From: Macrostomum lignano
Taxonomy: Eukaryota
DNA: 64,000 bases
Assembly: GCA_002269645.1 (NCBI GenBank)
Contig: NIVC01003335.1
Coordinates: 37,787-101,786, forward strand
Reading direction: 5' to 3'
Part shown: positions 57,415 through 64,000 of the stretch, in pieces
How the letters are laid out: every line of letters starts with the position of its first letter
How positions within the stretch are numbered: the stretch's first letter is position 1
Translations under genes and position numbers: made by a program
Notes under the pieces: model-generated
What the model was told of the DNA's origin: nothing
The model's database searches: none
What the model saw: the letters and a program-made list of their open reading frames with translations, nothing else

Positions 57415-60400
57415 CCATTAGGTCTGCTGTCTAATGTCTGTGTTACAGATGTTTCTACATATATACGCGTAATGCCTCTCTGTCTGTGGAGGTCTGCCTA
57501 CACACGAATCAAATATCGAAGTCCAATTGTTTGCAAATTCTTAAACAGCGCCGCCTCCCCTCCCAACCGCAGGTTCCCTTCCTATTCAAGTACGCAGTGG
57601 ACGCAGTCAATGACGCCAACGCGGCCATAGGTTCCGCTGTAGGCGATGGTGCACCTGTTGTGGCCGCCGCGTTGTTCTCAGTTACTGGCCTTATCGCGTC
57701 CTACGGCGTTGCCAGGGCAACCGCTAGCGGTTTTAACGAACTCCGTAATGCGGTATTCGCCCGCGTTGCTCAGGACTCGATTCGCCGTGTAGCCAAAACT
57801 GTATTCCTGCACCTGCACAGCCTTGATTTGCAGTTTCATCTGAATAGGCAGACTGGGGCTCTGTCCAGGGCTATTGACCGGGGCACCAGGTGAGAATCGC
57901 TCCACACCATGAGAATCGCCCCACATCAAGAGACCCCACACCATGAGAATCGCCCCACATCAAGCGACCCCACACCATGAGAATTGCCCCACATCAAGAG
58001 ACCCCACACCATGAGAATCGCCCCACACCATGAGAATCGCCCCACACCATGAGAATCGCCCCCATTAAGAAACCCCACACCATGAGAATCGCCCCACACA
58101 TCAAGAAACCCAACACCATGAGAATCCCTCCACGCATCAAGAAACCCCACACCATGAGTATCGCCCCACACCATGAGAATCGCCCCACATCAAGAGACCC
58201 CACACCATGAGAATCGCCCCACATCAAGAGACCCCACACCATGAGAATCGCCCCACATCAAGAGACCCCACACCATGAGATTCGCCCCCCATCAAGAAAC
58301 CCCACACCATGAGATTCGCCCCCCATCAAGAAACCCCACACCATGAGATTCGCCCCCATCAAGAAACCCCACACCATGAGATTCGCCCCCATCAAGAAAC
58401 CCCACACCATGAGATTCGCCCCCCATCAAGAAACCCCACACCATGAGATTCGCCCCCATCAAGAAACCCCACACCATGAGAGTTGTCCCCCATTAAGAAA
58501 CCCTGGGGTTGTAGCCTAGTGGTTAAAGCGTCGCACCCACGACTTGAAGGTCGGGGGTTCGATTCCCGATCCAACTGTAACAATTTGTGTCCTTGAGCAA
58601 GACACTTAACTCTGCATTGCTTCAGTTCACCCAGCTGTAAAATGGGTGCCAGCATTAGCTGGGGCAATTGAGGCTGTGTGTGGTGACCCCCCAGTCCTTG
58701 GACTGAACAGCCGTACGCAGCCTTCAGATGCGCGGTGCAATAGCTGCGGCTGAGCTGTCGGTTGCACATCTGGCCCAATTGGGGCAGGTGTAATCAATTA
58801 TTAATATTATAAATAAACCCCACACCATGAGAATCGCCAATCACACAACCCCGCAGAGGCATCAACTACATACTAAATGCAATAGTATTTAACGTGGCGC
58901 CAACCGCCCTGGAGGTGTCCCTAGTAACCGGCATTCTGTGGTACAAGTGCGGCCCAGCCTACGCCTGGGTGGCCATCGCCAGCATCGCCTCCTACGCGGC
59001 TTTCACATTCAGCTTCACCCAATGGCGCACGAAATTTCGTCAGCAGATGAACAAGGCGGATAATTTGGCTGGCAATCACGCTATTGATTCGTTAATTAAT
59101 TATGAGACTGTTAAGTATTTTAATAATGAGCGCTTTGAGGCCGACGAATACGACCGATTGTTAAAGGTAAGTCTTTATTGGTTGGCAGCTAGTTCTACCT
59201 GGGGAGATAGACTTGCAGCCATATCTACTCAGGTAGACAGACTCACAGCCATATCTACTCAGGTAGACAGACTCACAGCCATATCTACTCAGGTAGATAG
59301 ATAGACTCGCAGCCATATCTACTCAGGTAGACAGACTCACAGCCATATCTACTCAGGTAGACAGACTCACAGCCATATCTACTCAGGTAGACAGACTCAC
59401 AGCCATATCTACTCAGGTAGACAGACTCACAGCCATATCTACTCAGGTAGATAGACAGACTCACAGCCATATCTACTCAGGTAGATAGACAGACTCACAG
59501 CCATATCTACTCAGGTAGACAGACTCACAGCCATATCTACTCAGGTAGACAGACTCACAGCCATATCTACTCATGTAGACAGACTCACAGCCATATCTAC
59601 TCAGGTAGATAGATAGACTCGCAGCCATATCTACTCAGGTAGACAGACTCACAGCCATATCTACTCAGGTAGACAGACTCACAGCCATATCTACTACAGC
59701 CATATCTACTCAGGTAGACAGACTCACAGCCATATCTACTCATGTAGACAGACTCACAGCCATATCTACTCATGTAGACAGACTCACAGCCATATCTACC
59801 CAGTCCCGTCATGGATCACCAATCCAAATGCCATATCCGCAGGACTACGAACGCGCATCGCTCCGCATTCAGACCAGCCTAGCGGCGCTGAACTGGGGCC
59901 AGAGCGCCATATTCAGCGCCGGATTAACAGCTGTAATGCTACTAGCGGCCAACGACATAGCAGCCGGCAGTCTGACAATAGGCGATCTGGTTATGGTTAA
60001 CGGCCTATTGTTTCAATTAACAATACCATTGAACTTTCTTGGCTCAGTTTATCGGGATATGCGCCAAGCTTTAGTTGATATGCACGCCATGTTCAGCCTG
60101 TTGCAATTGCGCGGCCAGTCTGATTATGATGCTGCAGATGAGGCTAAGCCGAAACTGAATGCCAGGCCAGATCGAGCCGAAGTGGAATTTCGCGATGTTA
60201 ACTTTGGCTACGTTCCGGGTAGTGACATTTTATCCGGCTTGAGCTTCACTGTGCCCTCCGGCAAGAAGGTGGCTTTAGTTGGCGGCAGTGGTAGCGGCAA
60301 GTCAACTATAGTGCGACTATTGTACCGCTTCTTTGAGGCCCAATCGGGTTCTATTCTCATTAATGGTGTGGACATTCGGCAGGCTAGTTTGGGCGAGCTG

Positions 60401-60542
60401 CGCAAAGCTGTTTCTATTATACCGCAGGTAAAATATTCTAGGGGTATTCGGAATTGCAGTAGTAGTAGTTAGAAGTAGTAGTAGTTACTAGTAGTAGTAG
60501 TAGTAGTTAGTAGTAGTAGTAGTTACTAGTAGTAGTAGTAGT

Positions 60543-60588
<46 letters not shown>

Positions 60589-60712
60589 TAGAAGTAGTAG
60601 TAGTTACTAGTAGTAGTAGTAGTTAGTAGTTACTATTAGTAGTAGTAGTAGTAGTAGTTACTAGTAGTAGTAGTAGTAGTTAGTAGTAGTAGTAGTTAGT
60701 AGTAGTAGTAGT

Positions 60713-60767
<55 letters not shown>

Positions 60768-62052
60768 TAGAAGTAGTAGTAGTTACTAGTAGTAGTAGTA
60801 GTTAGTAGTTACTAGTAGTAGTAGTAGTAGTAGTTAGTGGTAGTAGTAGTAGTAGTAGTAGTGTTAGTAGTTGTAGTACTACTCGTAGTAGTAAGTAGTA
60901 GTAGTAAGTAGTTTAACACAATTTCCTAACACCCTTCACCTGACCTATCGACAACCCACCACAGGACTGCGTGCTCTTTAACAACACCATTCGTCACAAT
61001 ATACACTACGGCGACCTCTCAGCCACACCCGAACAGGTGGAGGCCGCTGCCCGCCTAGCCGATCTTCACGATTCAATTATGCGAATGCCGAGACAGTACG
61101 ATACTGTTGTTGGCGAGCGGGGACTCAAGCTTAGCGGTGGAGAGAAACAACGAGTAGCAATTGCTAGAGCCGTGCTCAAACAGGCGCCTATCCTTATCTA
61201 CGATGAGGCCACTTCGAGTCTGGATTCTATTACAGAGAAGAATATTCTTAGTAAGTCTGGTTTTTCTACTAGCTAAGTCTGTACTTCTCTCCAGTGTCTA
61301 AAAAGTTTCCTGGGGTGCCGACACACCTGAAGATGCTATGAGTAGCGGCACCCACTCCTAAAAAAGTGGCACCAACCCTGAAGAATCGGAGGGTAGCGAC
61401 ACCCACCACCCCTGAAGAATCGGAGGGTAGCGACACCCACCACCCCTGAAGAATCGTAGGGTAGCGACACCCACCACCCCTGAAGAATCGGAGGGTAGCG
61501 ACACCCACCACCCCTGAAGAATCGGAGGGTAGCGACACCCACCCCTGTAGAATCGGGGGTAGCGACACCCACCCCTGTAGAATCGGGGGTAGCGACACCC
61601 ACCACCCCTGTAGAATCGGGGGTAGCGACACCCACCACCCCTGTAGAATCGGGGTGGCGACACCCATCCCTGAAGAATCGGAGGGTAGCGACACCCATCC
61701 CTGAAGAATCGGAGGGTAGCGACACCCATCCCTGAAGAATCGGAGGGTAGCGACACCCATCCCTGAAGAATCGGTGACTGCAGTACAGTGCTGGCACTCA
61801 ATCGCTTCAAGTTCGCTTCCAATGCCGCTAACTACATGCTAATTTTCAGACTCCCTAAAAGCCGCCTCCAGCGGTCGAACCTCAATCGTGATTGCGCACC
61901 GCCTGGCAACAGTGGTTGACAGCGATCTAATCCTGGTACTGCAGGGCGGTCGAGTTGTTGAGCAGGGCAACCACTACGAGCTCATAGCCCAGCCAGACAG
62001 CTTGTACAGTCATCTGTGGCGAGAGCAAAATAAAGGCGCTCAGGGATTTTGA
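56107..62052 (+). CDS. ABCB7: Mitochondrial ABC transporter ABCB7/ATM1 (Fe-S cluster/glutathione export), 6 exons, about 693 aa; start codon unresolved
   Basis: Exons about 56107-56484, 57573-57889, 58857-59166, 59843-60427, 60965-61250, 61850-62052, with consistent phases. Motifs: [49 protein letters not shown], Walker [18 protein letters not shown], Walker [18 protein letters not shown]. The N-terminus is Arg/Leu/Ser-rich like a presequence. Confidence 0.93.
56810..57415. repeat. (TCTG)n-based microsatellite in ABCB7 intron 1
   Basis: Direct reading. Confidence 0.95.
57890..58840. repeat. 19-35 bp minisatellite in ABCB7 intron 2, interrupted by a SINE
   Basis: (ccccacaccatgagaatcg[ccccacatcaagaga])n. 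Confidence 0.93.
58505..58812 (+). mobile_element. tRNA-derived CORE-type SINE, full length (family A), inserted in a minisatellite in ABCB7 intron 2
   Basis: Colinear with the other copies; aaaccc occurs on both flanks (possible TSD). Confidence 0.88.
59205..59800. repeat. 30-bp minisatellite in ABCB7 intron 3
   Basis: (agactcacagccatatctactcaggtagac)n. Confidence 0.95.
60458..60912. repeat. (AGT)n microsatellite in ABCB7 intron 4
   Basis: Direct reading. Confidence 0.97.
61370..61772. repeat. 30-34 bp minisatellite in ABCB7 intron 5
   Basis: (gtagcgacacccaccacccctgaagaatcggagg)n. Confidence 0.95.
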
Positions 62053-62457
62053 ACTACTACTGTGTGCTAAACGCGATCAGTGCTACTTAATAGTAGCATA
62101 AATAGGGGAGCATTTTTAATTACGAAGTTGCCTTCCTTGACTGCCTTGCTTACATACTCATTTGGCATCAAGTAGATTGTTAGTGCGCGATATAGATATA
62201 TGATAACAAATCAATTTATTGTAGCCCTGGATATTCTTAATAAGTACGTAGTAGAATGTGTTCTGCATAAGCTAACTTGAATGCTTATTTTAGTAAATAC
62301 ATGTAGATGTTGTTTAAATTAACGTACGAAAAGTTATTGAATTGTTGAATTAGATTATGTAATGGCGTGTCTATTATTCTTATTAGTAAATAGTAAATGA
62401 GCCAAAAATGTTTTTGAAGTTTTTGTTTTCCAAATTTCTTTTATAATTTAGTGCATA

Positions 62458-62875
62458 GGGCGATTCCCCAGGGGGGTAATTAGGGCAATTAATTGGGAAG
62501 TGGAGGCGATTCCCCAGGTGGGTAATTAAGGAGGGGGCTGATTCCCCAGATGGGTAATTAAGGAGGGGGGCGATTCCCCAGGTGGGTAATTAAGGAGGGG
62601 GGCGATTCCACTGGTGGGTAATTAAGGAGAGGGCGATTCCACTGGTGGGTAATTAAGGAGAGGGCGATTCCACTGGTGGGTAATTAAGGAGAGGGCGATT
62701 CCACTGGTGGGTAATTAAGGAGAGGGCGATTCCACTGGTGGGTAATTAAGGAGAGGGCGATTCCCCAGGTGGGTAATTAAGGAGGGGGGCGATTCCCCAG
62801 GTGGGTAATTAAGGAGGGGGGCGATTCCACTGGAGGGTAATTAAGGAGAGGGCGATTCCACTGGTGGGTAGTTGG
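62458..62875. repeat. 31-bp minisatellite between ABCB7 and CCDC43-like
   Basis: (gggcgattccactggtgggtaattaaggaga)n. Confidence 0.95.
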
Positions 62876-62960
62876 AGGCGACAGAGGGGCACTAAAAATC
62901 TCAAATCTTCACAAATTTGTTTCCAGCGAGTTCCAACACCTTCAAGCAGCAGGAGCAGCA

Positions 62961-63443
62961 ATGTCGACAGCGGCGGTCGATGCCGACTCAGCTTCATCAT
63001 CAACGGCGACATCATTCGCCGACTGGCTGGCTGACACCATCGCCCAGCTGGCTCCGACGGCCGCCGCCGCGCCGGATATTGACGCCGCCAGTTTAGTGGA
63101 CTATTTGACCGGCGTCCTTGAAGCCGACGCCGCCAGCGGCGAAGATGCCGACGCTCAGCGCGACTCGGTCCGCGACATCGTCCAGGAGTTCGGCCTGCTG
63201 CCGCCCGCTGCCAGCGAGGCCGACGCCGAAGCTCTGGCTGGCCGGATTGTCCAGGCCTTCAATCGGGACGCTTCGGCATCTGCCGGCGCCGCTGCTGCCG
63301 CGTCTTCAGCTTCGGCCGAGCTGACCGCGGCTGAGGCGGAAGCGCTGGCTAAGGTTCGCGAGATGACCGTCAAGCAGCAGCCGCCGCCGCCGCTGCAGCA
63401 GCAGCAGGTCAAACAGTCGGATGAGAAGCAGATTATTTTGCAG
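62961..63443 (+). CDS. CCDC43: First coding exon of a CCDC43-like protein (gene continues beyond the window)
   Basis: FADWLADTIAQL...DAASLVDYLTGVL...RDSVRDIV resembles, from recall, the CCDC43 N-terminus ([27 protein letters not shown]). The exon ends at a CAG|GTGAGG donor. Confidence 0.65.
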
Positions 63444-63464
63444 GTGAGGCTGCGGCTGTCCCAA

Positions 63465-63970
63465 CCTCGCAGATCCTCAGTTGCTGGGTCAGTCTCCCAG
63501 ATCCTCAGTTGCTGGGCCAGCCTCCCAAATCCTCAGTTCCTCAGTTGCTGGACCAGCCTCCCAGATCCTCAGTTCCTCAGTTGCTGGGCCAGCCTCCCAG
63601 ATCCTCAGTTCCTCAGTTGCTGGGCCAGCCTCCTAGATCCTTAGTTGCTGGGCCAGCCTCCTAGATCCTCAGTTGCTGGGTCAGTCTCCCAGATCCTCAG
63701 TTGCTGGGCCAGCCTCCCAAATCCTCAGTTCCTCAGTTGCTGGACCAGCCTCCCAGATCCTCAGTTCCTCAGTTGCTGGGCCAGCCTCCCAGATCCTCAG
63801 TTCCTCAGTTGCTGGGCCAGCCTCCCAGATCCTCAGTTCCTCAGTTGCTGGGCCAGCCTCCTAGATCCTTAGTTGCTGGGCCAGCCTCCTAGATCCTCAG
63901 TTGCTGGGCCAGCCTCCCTGATCCTCAGCTGCTGGGCCAGCCTCCCAGATCCCCAGGTGCTGACCCAGCC
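63465..63970. repeat. 31/39-bp minisatellite in CCDC43-like intron (same family as 24018-24385)
   Basis: (agatcctcagtt[cctcagtt]gctgggccagcctccc)n. Confidence 0.95.
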
Positions 63971-64000
63971 TCCTGGATATTTGACACTAGAAAATTCCCA

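Overview
Eukaryotic (metazoan) genomic DNA, not prokaryotic. GC-rich spliced exons with GT-AG introns sit among AT-rich, transposon-derived blocks, and almost every intron carries its own mini- or microsatellite. This style most resembles a free-living flatworm such as Macrostomum (inference only). Seven protein-coding loci can be reconstructed by hand: eEF2 (minus strand, 6 exons, one apparent 1-nt deletion in the last exon); a DENND3-like DENN/GRAM/WD40 gene (plus, 11 exons, head-to-head with eEF2); a beta-1,4-Gal/GalNAc transferase (minus, 6 exons); a single-exon secreted PAN/apple plus C-type lectin; an RFXAP-like gene; mitochondrial ABCB7/ATM1; and the first exon of a CCDC43-like gene. 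The most notable non-annotated structure is a set of three paralogous box C/D snoRNA-like RNAs in eEF2 introns 2 and 3. They share an invariant 17-nt antisense element whose target I could not identify, and two of them lie in the same intron. Also present are a CORE-type tRNA-derived SINE family (4 copies), a second SINE family, several TIR elements nested in eEF2 intron 1, Gypsy and LINE relics, and an ABCB7 start lacking an in-frame ATG, which could be supplied by spliced-leader trans-splicing. All coordinates were read by eye and may be off by a few bases.
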